A stretch of DNA of 39,356 nucleotides. Origin: an uncultured delta proteobacterium. Lineage in GTDB: Bacteria; Desulfobacterota; Syntrophobacteria; Syntrophobacterales; Syntrophobacteraceae. The stretch lies in NCBI GenBank assembly GCA_963808625.1, contig CAWEHK010000006.1:1-39356 (forward strand), read 5' to 3'. Below are positions 18,691 to 29,562 of this stretch, piece by piece (the stretch's first letter is position 1; each line of letters opens with the position of its first letter). The notes beneath the pieces are model-generated. The model was not told the origin of the DNA. It saw nothing but the letters and a program-made list of their open reading frames with translations, and ran no database searches. The position numbers and the translations under genes are program-made.

Positions 18691-19018
18691 CCACGCCAGG
18701 AAGTTGCTGCCGACGTGGTCACACGATCTCTTATACTCGTTATGGTTGAAATCCTGTATTTGTGTCAGTTTCTGCACGATTATGAATCGGAAGATATTCG
18801 AGCAGGAGCAGCTCGCAAGGGCCGAGAGCTTGGCCTGGGAGCGTCGTCTCCCCCTGACATTGAGTTGTCGCCCATTGATGAAGGCAGCCGAGAATACTGT
18901 GCGAAGGTTCAAGACATGTTGGACAGGGGCTGACCACGCCAGGGAGATTGCTGCCAACGTGGTCACACGATCTCTTATACTCGTTATGGTTGAAATCCTT
19001 TATTTGTGTCAGTTTCTG
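18534..19018 (+). repeat. Imperfect tandem duplication of about 241 bp (18534-18774 and 18777-19018)
   Basis: Both copies carry the last about 50 codons of DUF362, the 3' flank and the left end of a family B element; scattered substitutions and indels. Confidence 0.95.
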
Positions 19019-19144
19019 GATTCCCGCCAAAAACCTGCGGGAATGACGGTTCGGCAACAGGTACCCTATCGTCATGCCCGCGTGCTTCTGGCGGGCATCC
19101 AGAAGGATGAAGAAACGCAACTTGCAATCCTTAACGGGCATAAG
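18974..19144. mobile_element. Family B-type TIR shell carrying a CGTC-type REP doublet
   Basis: Ends CTTATACTCGTTATGGTTGAAAT / TTGCAATCCTTAACGGGCATAAG; core CTGGATTCCCGCC..GCGGGAATGACG ... CGTCATGCCCGC..GCGGGCATCCAG. Confidence 0.7.
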
Positions 19145-19249
19145 TCAAGATCGGGAATAGATGCCGAGGCAGGATCATGCGGCATCCCGAGGGGCACCAA
19201 AGCGGACAGATCAACTTTGCCACCTCCCCCAACCTCGCTTTTCCGCAAG

Positions 19250-19301
19250 CGGTGAACCCGGTGAGGCTGTCGGCGAAGGTGTCGGCAATGCGAAATTCCA
19301 T
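19250..19301 (-). pseudogene. 5' stub of a UvrD-type helicase associated with type III RM loci
   Basis: MEFRIADTFADSLT matches the recalled start MxFRIADTFTDSLxxL; ATG directly follows the Mod-tail TAG. Confidence 0.6.
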
Positions 19302-19388
19302 CTATGCCACCCGAAATACCTTCATCACCTCGTCGCCGAGGTGGTTGATCACTTTGACCGCAATGCGGCCGGACCCGGGTTTGTCGAA
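19302..19388 (-). pseudogene. 3' stub of a type III-like site-specific DNA methyltransferase (Mod)
   Basis: FDKPGSGRIAVKVINHLGDEVMKVFRVA-stop is the characteristic C-terminus of this methylase group. Confidence 0.75.
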
Positions 19389-19537
19389 GTTGAAGTCGCA
19401 AATTCCCGAAAGCGTGCCAGAGGGCTTCTGACCCCTTTGGTCACTCCTTTTTCCTTTTCGAATCTGCTGCGGATGGTTTTGACCCGCTTGCCTCATCTGC
19501 TGGCACATTTGGCACTTTGATGGCACGATTGGCGGTG

Positions 19538-21040
19538 TCAGGGTCCGGGAGAGGTTATGCCGTCAGCCGATGGCACGATTGGCAGGTTTATGGCGCGATT
19601 ACGTACAAGCACGTAATGGGCGCTCCGTCCCGCTCCCAGTCGTTGAATGATACCTTTGGCGAGCAGTTCATCGAGGTCACGCGCAGCCGTTCTTCGCGAA
19701 CATCCGACAAGACTCTGGTACTCCATGGTCGTAATTTGTTGTTCGACCTTCAGAGCTTTCAAACATAAGGTCTGCCGGTCATTGATCCCAAGTGACTGGA
19801 TAACATCATCCGTCAGCCAGTCACGCCACAGGGTGACGACGAACGAGCCTCTGCGTTGCTCGAATTCGCGGCTCCGGCAGACCGGCTTCCCGGCAAAGTT
19901 CGATCATGGCCTGAGTGCCGGAGCCGACCCTTTCGATGTAGCGGGTCAGATAGAGTGACTCTGCGAGAAGCGGGTTGTAATGGGACCGAAGGATGGTCGT
20001 CGCGCAGGCTATCGAGTGTCAGGGTGACGGGGAGACGGCCGGGGTTCCAGACTTCGAGCCGGTCGGCGAAGAGGCGGACCTCGACCGAGGCGTTGCTGTG
20101 GTAATCACGATGGGCGATGGCATTAATGATGGCCTCGCCCACTGCATCCGGCGGCAGTTCATAGGTGGCCGGTGCGGTGATGCTGGCGGCGCGGGTGCCA
20201 ATGGCGCGGTTGATCTTTGCCAGCACAAAGTCGCGAGCCTGATCCGCCTGTTCGAAGAGATCGCCGCCGTAGACCTGCAAGGAAGCGAAGGGGCGGAGAT
20301 ATTGCGTGCCGTGACAGTGGATGCATTTGGTCTCGGCGGTGCGGTGGAAGCGCTGCGGATTGTCGCCGAAGAGCAGCACTGCGGCGTTGGTCGGTTTTCC
20401 TTGGTCGAGCAGGTTGAGGTGGGTGAGCAGGGCCGGTGTCGTGGTGTTGGACTTGAGCGGAAAGCCGCGCTCGCGGCGGGCGGTTTCCAAGAACCAGCTT
20501 ATGCGTTTGCGCGAGATGTCTTTCAGACTGGCGCCCTCACACGCGGAGGTGTCGAAGGGCGGGACGCGCAGCGCGCCGATGCCGTCCAGGTGGTCCACGA
20601 GGCTGGCGTAGACCTCGGCGGTCAGGGCGCTGACGTCTTCGACTCGGCGGCGGATCAGCTCGCTACTGACCTTGCTGATGAGTTGGCGCATCTTGGGTGC
20701 CCGTCTCTTTTCATCCGAGCCCCATACATAAACGAGTCGGGTTTTCCTCGTGTTTTGTAGCGTGGAGATATTCGTGTTCCGTCGGGGAGATACCTTCCTG
20801 GTCCTCATTGCCATACTCATAACCGAAGATGCCCAGATAAATGTCGCAGCGTTCGACTTCTTCGAGATAAACCTCGTCAGCACGGCGGTCCCTGGCAGGA
20901 AGATCCTCGAAGAGAAAAACCTCGGAGATAAATCGTTGCAGGACAGCATCTCCCAGCAGGAAAGCCTTCAAGGCCGGACGAAGCTGCCCAAATTCCTTTT
21001 GCACGCTGCTTATGAATATTCTGAGACGGGTAGCAACCAT
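19538..21040 (-). pseudogene. DUF4062 + HATPase_c_4 (RecG-C-like) + HTH protein, several frameshifts
   Basis: LRIFISSVQKEF...CDIYLGIFG.EYG (DUF4062); EAIINAIAHRDY, DRLEVWNPG (HATPase_c_4); SRRTAARDLDEL...GAGRSAHY (wHTH), in successive frames. Confidence 0.82.
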
Positions 21041-21050
21041 GAGATAACAT

Positions 21051-21113
21051 GGGTGAAGGGTGAAGAGGGAAGGGTGAAAGTAGGGATTCCACGCTTCGAG
21101 CTTCAGACTTCAC
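21051..21113. repeat. Nine consecutive heptads forming an imperfect inverted repeat
   Basis: GGGTGAA GGGTGAA GAGGGAA GGGTGAA AGTAGGG ATTCCAC GCTTCGA GCTTCAG ACTTCAC. Confidence 0.7.
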
Positions 21114-21345
21114 AACCTCCTTTTTTCAGGGTTCGTTCTGCACTTCTTAACAATCGTGATCAAGATTGCAACGAGCTGGTCCGCTTTATCCGTGAGGTCT
21201 TTCAGATGCTCCATCGGTATTACTTCTGGAACGGCAGGCAATCGCAGCCAATAATGCTTTTCCCAGGCTTCCTTGCAGGCAATTGATAATTTCGCGATGA
21301 GATCTGCTCGACTCTGGATTGCTCGTCATTTTTCGACATTCGCAT
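21110..21345 (-). pseudogene. Four-helix-bundle (23S rRNA IVP-like) protein remnant
   Basis: ANVE..(shift)QSRADLIAKLSIACKEAWEKHYWLRL...LVAILITIVKK; N-terminus missing. Confidence 0.75.
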
Positions 21346-21414
21346 CCGGTCATCCCGAACATCCTTGGGCGAAGCCAGGAAGGCCTTGTAGATGATGGGC
21401 TGAAGGCGCCACCC

Positions 21415-21672
21415 TTACCCCGGCGTATTTGAAGGTGACCACCTTATGCGGAGGCAGTGTCATTGGTTTACCACTCTGGGGGTTCCTTCCCCGCCGTTGG
21501 TGCTTTTCTTTACAGAGAACTTGCCAAAGCCACTGATGAGGACTTCATCGCCATCTGCCAGGGATTGCTTGATCAGCTTGAAGAGGGTTTCAACGATCCG
21601 GGCTGACCCGCCCTTGGTGAACAAGTTCTTGGCAAAAAGATTTTCAACGATGTGGGCTTTGGTGACAGTCAT
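21415..21672 (-). pseudogene. ihfA: Integration host factor alpha-like, frameshifted and with a degenerate 3' end
   Basis: MTVTKAHIVE...VLISGFGKFSVKK then (shift near 21505) HQRRGRNPQSGKPMTL...VVTFK. Confidence 0.8.
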
Positions 21673-21952
21673 CGGTCATTCCTCAGAAATGAAGGTGCAA
21701 GAGCCCTTTGGTTTTGGTAGATTCCATAAAGTAACGAGGGCAATATAGTACTTTAGGGGATATCCGGATACAAGCCATGAGCTGTTGCATAACCAAAATA
21801 TCTCGGGAGCAGGCTGCTGAGTATGCGCTGTGTGGAATCTCGCACATCTTCGGGTCGAGTCATTGCGGAGATGGTAAGATGACCAACCGATGGTACGTGA
21901 CCTTATCCCCCAGGCCAACCTTTTCAGGAATCTTCTCAGGAGGTGGGGCGCC

Positions 21953-22510
21953 ATGAACCGGCATAAATTTGTTGCCACCCGTGAAGATTGCCTGCTGCTG
22001 ATTATTGACATCCAGCAGGCGATGCTCAAGGTCATTGAAACGTGGAAGGATGTGGCCCAAAGGGTGAATCAGCTTACGCAAGCCGCTGAAGCCCTCGGTA
22101 TCCCGATTCTGCTGACAGAACAGTACAGCAAAGGACTCGGGGAAACCATTCCGGAAGTCATTGGTCAGATCAGGTCCCCGAAGGTTTTCCATAAGGAGCA
22201 TTTCAGTGCCTGCCTTGAAACGGACTTCCTCGCATCGATCAAATCATACCATCGAAACAAGATCGTGGTCGTTGGCATGGAGACCCACGTCTGTGTTCTG
22301 CAAACAGGCCTGGATCTCATCAGGGAAGGTTATCAGCTCCAACTGGTAGCTGATGGCGTCGCGTCACGGACCACTCGGAACCGTGACCTCGCCGTAGACC
22401 TTTTCCGGGAGGCCGGAGCCGTGATCACCTCGGCAGAGATCGTGATCTTCCAGTGGGCCAAGCGCGCCAACACGGAAGACTTCCGCAAGATCCTCCCCAT
22501 CGTGAAATGA
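21953..22510 (+). CDS. Isochorismatase-family hydrolase
   Basis: LLIIDIQ, TEQYSKGLGET, KEHFSAC, GMETHVCVLQT, ADGVASR; AGGAGG RBS. Confidence 0.93.
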   Translation: MNRHKFVATREDCLLLIIDIQQAMLKVIETWKDVAQRVNQLTQAAEALGIPILLTEQYSKGLGETIPEVIGQIRSPKVFHKEHFSACLETDFLASIKSYHRNKIVVVGMETHVCVLQTGLDLIREGYQLQLVADGVASRTTRNRDLAVDLFREAGAVITSAEIVIFQWAKRANTEDFRKILPIVK

Positions 22511-22593
22511 CCGTGTGCCTGCCAAAAGAGACAGAAAGAAGTCTGAATAATGATTTCTTGTGCCGAGTCACCTGGCGGCCAATCGATTGAAGG

Positions 22594-23223
22594 TTGAAAG
22601 GATTACGGAGATTGAAAAAGATTGTTTTCTGGGTGTTGCCCATTGTCCTTGGTTTTCTGATTTATCATGTCTTCAAGCCAACCCCCAGGGTCAAGAATAT
22701 CCAGCCGATTGGTGAGAACATCATCTGCTTCGGCGACAGCCTGACCTTCGGTACGGGAGCAGCGAAAGGGATGGATTACCCTGCTCAGCTGGCTAAGTTA
22801 GTCTCGATGCCCGTTTTGAACAAAGGGGTGCCGGGTGACACCACCGCCAGGGCATTAGCAAGATTGGAGCAGGACGTTCTGTCTCAGTCACCTCGAATGG
22901 TTCTGGTCACCCTGGGTGGCAATGATTTGAAGAATGGCGTTCCCAGGGATGCTGCCTTCCAGAATCTGAAACAGATCATTGAAGCTATCCAAGCCAGGGG
23001 AGCGCTGGTGATTATCGGTGGCATCGATCTGCCAATCTGGGGACGAGGTTTTGGAGAGGGCTACGAAAAGCTCTGCAAAGAGACCGAGGCGGTCCTGATC
23101 CCCAACATCTTCGATGGCATCATGGGGGACCCTCGGTTGATGAACGATTCGATCCATCCCAACGAGGCTGGCTACAGCAAAATGGCCCGGCATTTCTACG
23201 AGGCGCTGAAGCCATACCTTTGA
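22594..23223 (+). CDS. GDSL/SGNH arylesterase (TesA-like) with N-terminal membrane anchor
   Basis: FGDSLTFG, NKGVPGDTT, LGGND, DSIHPN; start could be TTG 22612. Confidence 0.92.
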   Translation: MKGLRRLKKIVFWVLPIVLGFLIYHVFKPTPRVKNIQPIGENIICFGDSLTFGTGAAKGMDYPAQLAKLVSMPVLNKGVPGDTTARALARLEQDVLSQSPRMVLVTLGGNDLKNGVPRDAAFQNLKQIIEAIQARGALVIIGGIDLPIWGRGFGEGYEKLCKETEAVLIPNIFDGIMGDPRLMNDSIHPNEAGYSKMARHFYEALKPYL

Positions 23224-23282
23224 ACCGTTGGCCGGCAGCCCCTGGCAACGCCATGGAAAGGAGATGGTGGTCGACGGATTGT

Positions 23283-23326
23283 GGCAAAAAAGCCAGGAAG
23301 GAACCACGCGTCCCGGCTTTTTTGCC
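23283..23326. terminator. Probable bidirectional intrinsic terminator
   Basis: GGCAAAAAAGCC...GGCTTTTTTGCC between convergent genes. Confidence 0.65.
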
Positions 23327-23338
23327 TCCGGCAGCGGT

Positions 23339-24823
23339 TTATCTTTTTCCGCCCAGGATCGAACCCAACACCCCCCGAATAATCTGACGGCCGATGCTGC
23401 TTCCGATGGAGCGCATGGCACTCTTGGCAAAAGCTTCCGCAATGCTTTCCCGGGGCCGCCCGGGACTGCGGCGCGGGGGCGGTTCCCGGTAACGGGGCTG
23501 CGGCTGCGAATCGGTCTGCTCTTGCGCCTGACCAAGTTTTTGTTCGGTCCGTTTGCGAAGCACTTCGAACGCCGATTCTCGATCAACACCCTGTTCATAA
23601 TTGCCAAAATGGATCGAGTTCTGAATAATGTTCTGCCGTTCCTCGGGAGTAATCGCACCCACGCGGCTTTCGGGCGGGCACACGAAGGCACGGTCGACCA
23701 CGGCAGGAACTCCGTCTTCTTCCAGGAAGGAAATGAGGGCTTCTCCCACGCCCAGTTCCGTGATCACTTGTTCGATAATAAGTTGAGGATTGGGACGAAA
23801 CGTCTGCGCCATAATCTTGACCGCTTTCTGTTCCTGCGGGGTAAAGGCCCGCAAGGCGTGCTGCACGCGGTTGCCCAACTGGGCTAACACTTTTTCCGGA
23901 ACATCCTTCGGGTTCTGGGTGACGAAATACACCCCAATGCCTTTGGAACGGACCAGCCTCACCACCTGTTCGATTTTCTCCAGCAACGGCGGGGGAGCGT
24001 CTTCAAAAAGCAGATGGGCTTCATCAAAAAAGAAAACCAGGTTAGGCTTCTCGAGATCCCCCACTTCCGGCAGCCGCTCGAAAAGCTCCGCCAGAAGCCA
24101 CAGCAGAAAGGTCGCGTAGACTTTGGGCCGGGCGACCAGTTGATCCGCTGCTAAAATATTGATGATGCCTCTTCCATCCGTATGGGTTTGAATGAGATCA
24201 AAAATATCCAGCATCGGTTCGCCGAAAAAGAGGCCTCCTCCCTGGGTCTCCAGCTCCAAAAGACCTCTCTGGATGGCTCCCACCGACGCCTTCGAGACAT
24301 TTCCGTATGCGGTCGTGAATTGCTGAGCGTTATCGCCCACATATTGGGTCATGGCCCGCAGATCTTTCAGGTCCAGGAGCAATAATCCGCTATTATCGGC
24401 GATATTGAAGATCAAGGTCAGAACCCCGGTTTGCACGTCATTGAGATTTAGGAGCCGCCCCATAAGAAGCGGCCCCATATCGGAAACCGTCGCTCGAATC
24501 GGATGGCCGTATTTTCCGAAAACATCCCAAAACGCCACCGGAAATTCCCGAAAGCAATGATCGGAAAGATTGATCAGTTTGATGCGATCCATAATCTTGG
24601 GATGCTCGGTCCCTTTTTGGCTGATTCCCGCCAGGTCCCCTTTCACATCAGCCAGAAACACGGGAACGCCGTTTTCGCTCAGGCGCTCGGCGATTCTCTG
24701 GAGCGTGACGGTCTTGCCCGTTCCCGTGGCCCCGGCAACCAGCCCGTGCCGGTTAGCCATGCGAGGGATCAAATTGAATTCCGCTTGCTTAGCGCTCTTG
24801 GCAATAAGCATGGGTTTACTCAT
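23339..24823 (-). CDS. yjgR: DUF853 / HerA-like ATPase
   Basis: [49 protein letters not shown]-terminus. Confidence 0.93.
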   Translation of the reverse strand: MSKPMLIAKSAKQAEFNLIPRMANRHGLVAGATGTGKTVTLQRIAERLSENGVPVFLADVKGDLAGISQKGTEHPKIMDRIKLINLSDHCFREFPVAFWDVFGKYGHPIRATVSDMGPLLMGRLLNLNDVQTGVLTLIFNIADNSGLLLLDLKDLRAMTQYVGDNAQQFTTAYGNVSKASVGAIQRGLLELETQGGGLFFGEPMLDIFDLIQTHTDGRGIINILAADQLVARPKVYATFLLWLLAELFERLPEVGDLEKPNLVFFFDEAHLLFEDAPPPLLEKIEQVVRLVRSKGIGVYFVTQNPKDVPEKVLAQLGNRVQHALRAFTPQEQKAVKIMAQTFRPNPQLIIEQVITELGVGEALISFLEEDGVPAVVDRAFVCPPESRVGAITPEERQNIIQNSIHFGNYEQGVDRESAFEVLRKRTEQKLGQAQEQTDSQPQPRYREPPPRRSPGRPRESIAEAFAKSAMRSIGSSIGRQIIRGVLGSILGGKR

Positions 24824-24878
24824 TTCAGCCGGCACCTTTCCGAGTCGAATCAATCACGATGGTCGATAGTTTTCAGGA

Positions 24879-26396
24879 TCATGCCTTCATTGCCGTGGCT
24901 TTGGCGCGCTCCTCGGCGGTCATGGCGGCGAGGCGTTTGACCTCCTCGCCATCCAGCCCCAGTCCCACTGCCACGCGGCTCCCGTAATCGGGATCGGCCT
25001 TGAAAAACAGGGCGGTTTGACGAAGCTGGATGCGTTTTTGTGCGCCTCCCAGGTGGTCTACGATATTCCCCACCAGGTTGTCGCGGTCCTGATCGGTCAT
25101 GACGTGACGGTAGAGGTTTCCCGCCTGAATGAAATCATCGTGGGGATGAGTGAATTCGAAGCGTCCGGCCTTGCCGGAGACCCAGAAGGTCGGCTCGCCC
25201 GCGTCGGCTGTGGGCTCGGGACCACCAAAGCTGTTTGGCCAGTAGTTGGGCCCGCCGCCGCCGTTGGCGTCGAAGCGCATGAAACCGTCCCGCTGATAGC
25301 TGTTTTCGGGGGCATTTTTGGGGGCGTTGACGGGCAACAGGTGATAGTTCGGGCCGAGGCGGTGAAGGTGGGTGTCGTGGTAGGAAAAGAGCCTGGCCTG
25401 GAGCATCTTGTCGGGTGAAGCGGCAATGCCGGGGACCAGGTTGCCCGGGCAGAAGGCGGCCTGTTCCACTTCGGCAAAATAGTTGGCCGGGTTGCGATCC
25501 AGCACCAGGCGGCCCACTTTGATCGGTGGAAAGTCGCCATGGGGCCAGACCTTGGTGATGTCAAGGATGTCAAAACGGTAATTCTTGGCCTGCTCGGGCG
25601 TCATGATCTGCATCTCGAGCGTCCAGGATGGGTAGTCTCCTCTGGCGATGGCATCAAAGAGGTCGCGCGTGGCGTGATCGGGGTCTTCCCCGGAGATGCG
25701 CGTCGCTTCCTCGCGGGTAAGGTTTTTGATGCCCTGATCGGTCTTGAAGTGGTACTGGACCCAAAAGAAATCTCCCTTCGCGTTGTACCACTTGAAGGTG
25801 TGGCTGCTGTATCCGTTCATGTGACGATAGGTAGCCGGAGTGCCCCGGTCGGAAAACAGAATGGTAACCTGATGGATCGATTCCGGGGTCAGTGACAGAA
25901 AGTCCCAGAACATGTCCGGGTCCTTGCAATTGGTGGCCGGATGGCGCTTCTGGGTGTGAATGAAGTCGGGAAATTTGAGTGGGTCGCGGATAAAGAAGAC
26001 CGGCGTATTGTTGCCCACGAGATCGTAATTGCCCTCTTCGGTGTAAAACTTCATCGCGAACCCGCGAGGGTCGCGGGCCGCATCCGCTGAACCCTTCTCG
26101 CCTCCGACGGTGGAAAAGCGTACAAAGACCTCCGTGCGTTTGCCGATTTCCGAGAGGAACCTGGCCTTGGTGTATTGAGTCACATCGGCCGTTACCTCGA
26201 AGTAGCCCCCGGCACCCGCCCCCTTCGCATGAACAACGCGTTCGGGAATGCGCTCGCGGTCAAAATGCCCCAGTTTTTCGAGCAGGTGAACATCCTGCAT
26301 CAAAACCGGCCCCCGGTCGCCGGCGGTCATGCTGTTCTGATCGTCAGCGACCGGGATTCCAAAAGCAGTGGTCAGGATCTTCTTGTCGGTTGCCAT
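24879..26396 (-). CDS. katA: Monofunctional heme catalase (small subunit)
   Basis: [43 protein letters not shown]. Confidence 0.97.
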   Translation of the reverse strand: MATDKKILTTAFGIPVADDQNSMTAGDRGPVLMQDVHLLEKLGHFDRERIPERVVHAKGAGAGGYFEVTADVTQYTKARFLSEIGKRTEVFVRFSTVGGEKGSADAARDPRGFAMKFYTEEGNYDLVGNNTPVFFIRDPLKFPDFIHTQKRHPATNCKDPDMFWDFLSLTPESIHQVTILFSDRGTPATYRHMNGYSSHTFKWYNAKGDFFWVQYHFKTDQGIKNLTREEATRISGEDPDHATRDLFDAIARGDYPSWTLEMQIMTPEQAKNYRFDILDITKVWPHGDFPPIKVGRLVLDRNPANYFAEVEQAAFCPGNLVPGIAASPDKMLQARLFSYHDTHLHRLGPNYHLLPVNAPKNAPENSYQRDGFMRFDANGGGGPNYWPNSFGGPEPTADAGEPTFWVSGKAGRFEFTHPHDDFIQAGNLYRHVMTDQDRDNLVGNIVDHLGGAQKRIQLRQTALFFKADPDYGSRVAVGLGLDGEEVKRLAAMTAEERAKATAMKA

Positions 26397-26474
26397 CTCA
26401 AAACTCCTTTGCCGTTTGCGGTATCCGTTGTGTCAATGATGATCGCACCTGCTGCCGAGTTAGCCAAGATCCAC

Positions 26475-26570
26475 CACAAAGAGCATGAAGAGCACGAAGC
26501 AGTCGCATTCCACACCTGGTGATGAAAGCAGACGTGAAAACTTCTTCGTGGTCTCTGTGCACTCCGCGGC
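26475..26570. repeat. Nonamer-periodic inverted repeat
   Basis: CACAAAGAG CATGAAGAG CACGAAG ... CTTCGTGGT CTCTGTGCA CTCCGCGGC. Confidence 0.65.
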
Positions 26571-27077
26571 GACGCGCTTCTGAGGTTACTCAATCCATCA
26601 CGAGATCAAGACCAAACCGCCTTGATTTTTGCCCACTGAACCCGCATCGAACGTGTGAAAGGACCGAACCAACCGGAAGCAGCACGTAAGGGATTGATTG
26701 CACAGCGCAACGAGTATGTCAAGAGGTCCTCGGACCGTCTTCCTGAGAAGCGCCTTCCTGATCAGCGAGAACACGCTCGGCACGGCGCCCGGTACCTTGA
26801 TTACAGTGCTGCAGAATAGAGTGACCATATCCCTGACGACATGGCCGAAAAAACCTTTTTGGATAAAGGTTTTCGCCGGTATGACGAAGTGACTTCGGAC
26901 ACTCATTCATGCAGCGCTGCACTGAGGGGTGCAAATTTTTGGATTGCCCGGCAGCGACCGGGAGGGTACCATCCCGCTTAGCGGTGGTGATCATCCAGGT
27001 TCAAGACAGGTGGCGAATCGGCCCGATGGGTGTGCCGGGAACCGGAAACAGACGAAGAGCGGAGGGAGGAGTGGCCT

Positions 27078-27944
27078 ATGCGGCTCGAAGAAGAACGTGA
27101 GAGTGAGAATGTTGAGGACCGCCGAGACGAAGTTGGCAGTAGCCGCCGCGGCTTCGGTGGCGGCCGGGGTATTGGTATCGGCACGGTCATAATCGCGCTG
27201 GTGGCGAGCTACTTCCTCGGTATCGACCCGTCGATCATGCTCAGCCTGTTCTCTGGTGGCGGCACCCCGGCGCCTCAGTCGGTGCCCGCGCGCAAGCCTC
27301 CGGCCGACGACGAGATGGCGATCTTCGTCTCGAAGGTGCTTGCCGACACTGAAGACACCTGGCGTGCGATCTTCGACCAGGCCAACCGCCAGTACCAGAA
27401 CCCGAAGCTCGTTCTCTTCACGGGCGCGACGCCGACCGCCTGCGGCAGCGGTCAGACGGCAATGGGGCCGTTCTATTGCCCTCTTGACCAGAAGGTTTAC
27501 ATCGACCTCGCTTTCTTCCAGGATTTGAAAGCCCGCTACCGGGCGCCCGGCGATTTTGCCCAGGCTTATGTCATCGCGCACGAGATTGGCCACCACGTGC
27601 AGAACCAGCTTGGCATCATGAAACAAGTGCAGGCGGCGCAAAGCCGGGCCAGCGAAACCCAAGCCAACGCCTTGTCGGTGCGCCTTGAGCTTCAGGCCGA
27701 TTGCTTCGCCGGGTTGTGGGCCTACCATGCCAATCGTACGCGCAACATCCTCGAGGCCGGCGACATCGAGGAAGCGCTGGGCGCGGCCAGTGCGATCGGC
27801 GACGACCGCATGCAGCAGCAGGCGCGAGGCTATATCGTTCCCGACTCATTTACCCACGGGAGTTCGGCGCAGCGCGTGACCTGGTTCAGGCGAGGCATCG
27901 AAAGCGGCGATTTCAAGCAATGCAATACCTTCGAGGCGCGGTAG
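27078..27944 (+). CDS. ypfJ: Neutral zinc metallopeptidase (YpfJ family)
   Basis: RESENVEDRR, GPFYCP.D, YVIAHEIGHHVQ, LELQADCFAG, FTHGSSAQR. Confidence 0.95.
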   Translation: MRLEEERESENVEDRRDEVGSSRRGFGGGRGIGIGTVIIALVASYFLGIDPSIMLSLFSGGGTPAPQSVPARKPPADDEMAIFVSKVLADTEDTWRAIFDQANRQYQNPKLVLFTGATPTACGSGQTAMGPFYCPLDQKVYIDLAFFQDLKARYRAPGDFAQAYVIAHEIGHHVQNQLGIMKQVQAAQSRASETQANALSVRLELQADCFAGLWAYHANRTRNILEAGDIEEALGAASAIGDDRMQQQARGYIVPDSFTHGSSAQRVTWFRRGIESGDFKQCNTFEAR

Positions 27945-28167
27945 AACTGACCACGGTGTGACTGCCGGGCCGCATGCTCGGAGCGCAAACGGCCTGCGGC
28001 CTGGTACGGGCCATGGAGATCGCTTTGCAGTTCTTGGGCGGAGCGGGCTTTGCTTATACCCTCCAGAAAGACAGGTTGCCGCTCCTGGGATTCGATTCTC
28101 TTCATTGGTGTAAGAAAATTTTCCTTATCATCTGTCTTCGGATGTCCCAAAGGGACATGAACGACCG

Positions 28168-29550
28168 CTAAAAACCGCCACCCGTGCGAAAACCGCCGCC
28201 GCCGAAGCTGCCCGCATCATCGCCAGACCCCCCGGAACCCCCACCAAAACCGCCCCAGTCGCCCGAGGGTTGGCTGCTGCGATGGTGGCGGCCGAGTTCC
28301 TGCCAGACCATGTCTGAATTCATAAGGCCTTCCAGCATCTGGCCGATCAGGACGCCGAGGGAAAAGTTGCCGGGAAAGGATACATTGTAGGCGTCATAGC
28401 CGTTCCGGCGGTAGCGGCGCCGCAGTTCCTCCAACTCCGCCAGATTTTTCTGCTGCTGCTGGAGAAACGTGTTGACGGACTGGATTTCCACGCCGATCTG
28501 GTTTTGCTGCTGCTGGATCTGCTGCAGTTTGGCAACGATGACGTCGTCTTCCGGCCGGGGAGTAGCGCGGGCTTGCCGCAGCAGTTCGGTGAGCTCCGCA
28601 CGTTGCAACGCTGCCACTTGCAGCTCGATGATCTGCTTCGAAAGCGGGTCCGTCGCCTCATTGAAACCGGTCTGCTCCTGCAAGAGCGGGCGATGCCGGG
28701 CTTCTTCAGCCTCAATTTCTGCATCATGCTGCTTGAGCTGTTTTTCGGCATCCTGCACCCTGGTCTGAAGAGCAAGGATGCCGTCTTCTTCGGCGGCTTG
28801 CCGCTCCAAGGTCTGCAGCGCCTGAGCCTCGAGTTGCGCCGTCTGCTGCGCTTTGGCGGCATGCTCCCGGAGCCGGCGGGGCAGCTCTTGGAGCATGTGG
28901 TAGTTGGCGCGATTGCGCTGAAAGTCGATGTGTTTTGCCACCCAGTTGTCGAGTTGGCGGCTCAACCAACCGGCCTGATAATCCGGCGTCAGGTAGCGCT
29001 TCTTCCACAGGTACATGAAGAGGCTGTCAGCTTCGTAAGGTTTACCCTTTTCGACCTGGTCTTTTTCGGTCCGGGAGGCCTTCTCATCGGCCTGGCTGGC
29101 CACGGCCGCGGCCTCTTGCGCCCGTCCCTGCTGCTGGCGGTAGGTGTCCGTTTCCGTGATCCGTTTGCGAGTCTGTTCCAACTGGCGCTGCACTTCCACA
29201 CCGGCCTCGTCCCGCTGCTGTTCCAGCCCTTTTCGTTGCTGTTCGAGCTGCTGTTTCCGCGCGACGCCGGCGTCGATTCTCGCCTGCAAGTCCTGCCGGG
29301 CCTGCCCGAGTTTCTCCAGCAGGGCAAGGATGGCCTGCTCGGTCTCATCCAGCCGGGAAACCACCTGGCTGGCCCGGAGGTCGTCCAGTCGAAGTCTGGC
29401 GAGCTGCCGGTAGCGTTCACCGGTTTCCTGGCGCAGGGCGTCGAGTTGCCGATAGAGCTCTCGCAGGCGCCCTCCAGCCTCTTCCTGCGCCGTTTGCGCC
29501 TGTTGCAGGTGCTGGTTGATCAACAGCAGGTTATCTCTTCCCGTCATCAT
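28168..29550 (-). CDS. Long coiled-coil protein with Gly-rich C-terminal tail, unknown function
   Basis: Q/E/R-rich heptads, central YEADSLFMYLW motif, ends GGGGFRTGGGF; 12 nt from the upstream gene. Confidence 0.85.
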   Translation of the reverse strand: MMTGRDNLLLINQHLQQAQTAQEEAGGRLRELYRQLDALRQETGERYRQLARLRLDDLRASQVVSRLDETEQAILALLEKLGQARQDLQARIDAGVARKQQLEQQRKGLEQQRDEAGVEVQRQLEQTRKRITETDTYRQQQGRAQEAAAVASQADEKASRTEKDQVEKGKPYEADSLFMYLWKKRYLTPDYQAGWLSRQLDNWVAKHIDFQRNRANYHMLQELPRRLREHAAKAQQTAQLEAQALQTLERQAAEEDGILALQTRVQDAEKQLKQHDAEIEAEEARHRPLLQEQTGFNEATDPLSKQIIELQVAALQRAELTELLRQARATPRPEDDVIVAKLQQIQQQQNQIGVEIQSVNTFLQQQQKNLAELEELRRRYRRNGYDAYNVSFPGNFSLGVLIGQMLEGLMNSDMVWQELGRHHRSSQPSGDWGGFGGGSGGSGDDAGSFGGGGFRTGGGF

Positions 29551-29562
29551 GGGGTTGCTCTC

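Noticed and set aside
18534..19018. Diversity-generating retroelement TR/VR pair
   Set aside because: Differences are not adenine-specific, include non-coding flank, and no reverse transcriptase is present
17204..19255. 683-aa ORF as one protein
   Set aside because: The N-terminal part overlaps the aminotransferase out of frame; the real start is 17798 and the tail reads through a duplication and a repeat element
26598..26925. Short ORFs or a further repeat element upstream of katA
   Set aside because: No motifs; the inverted ends are too degenerate to support a call
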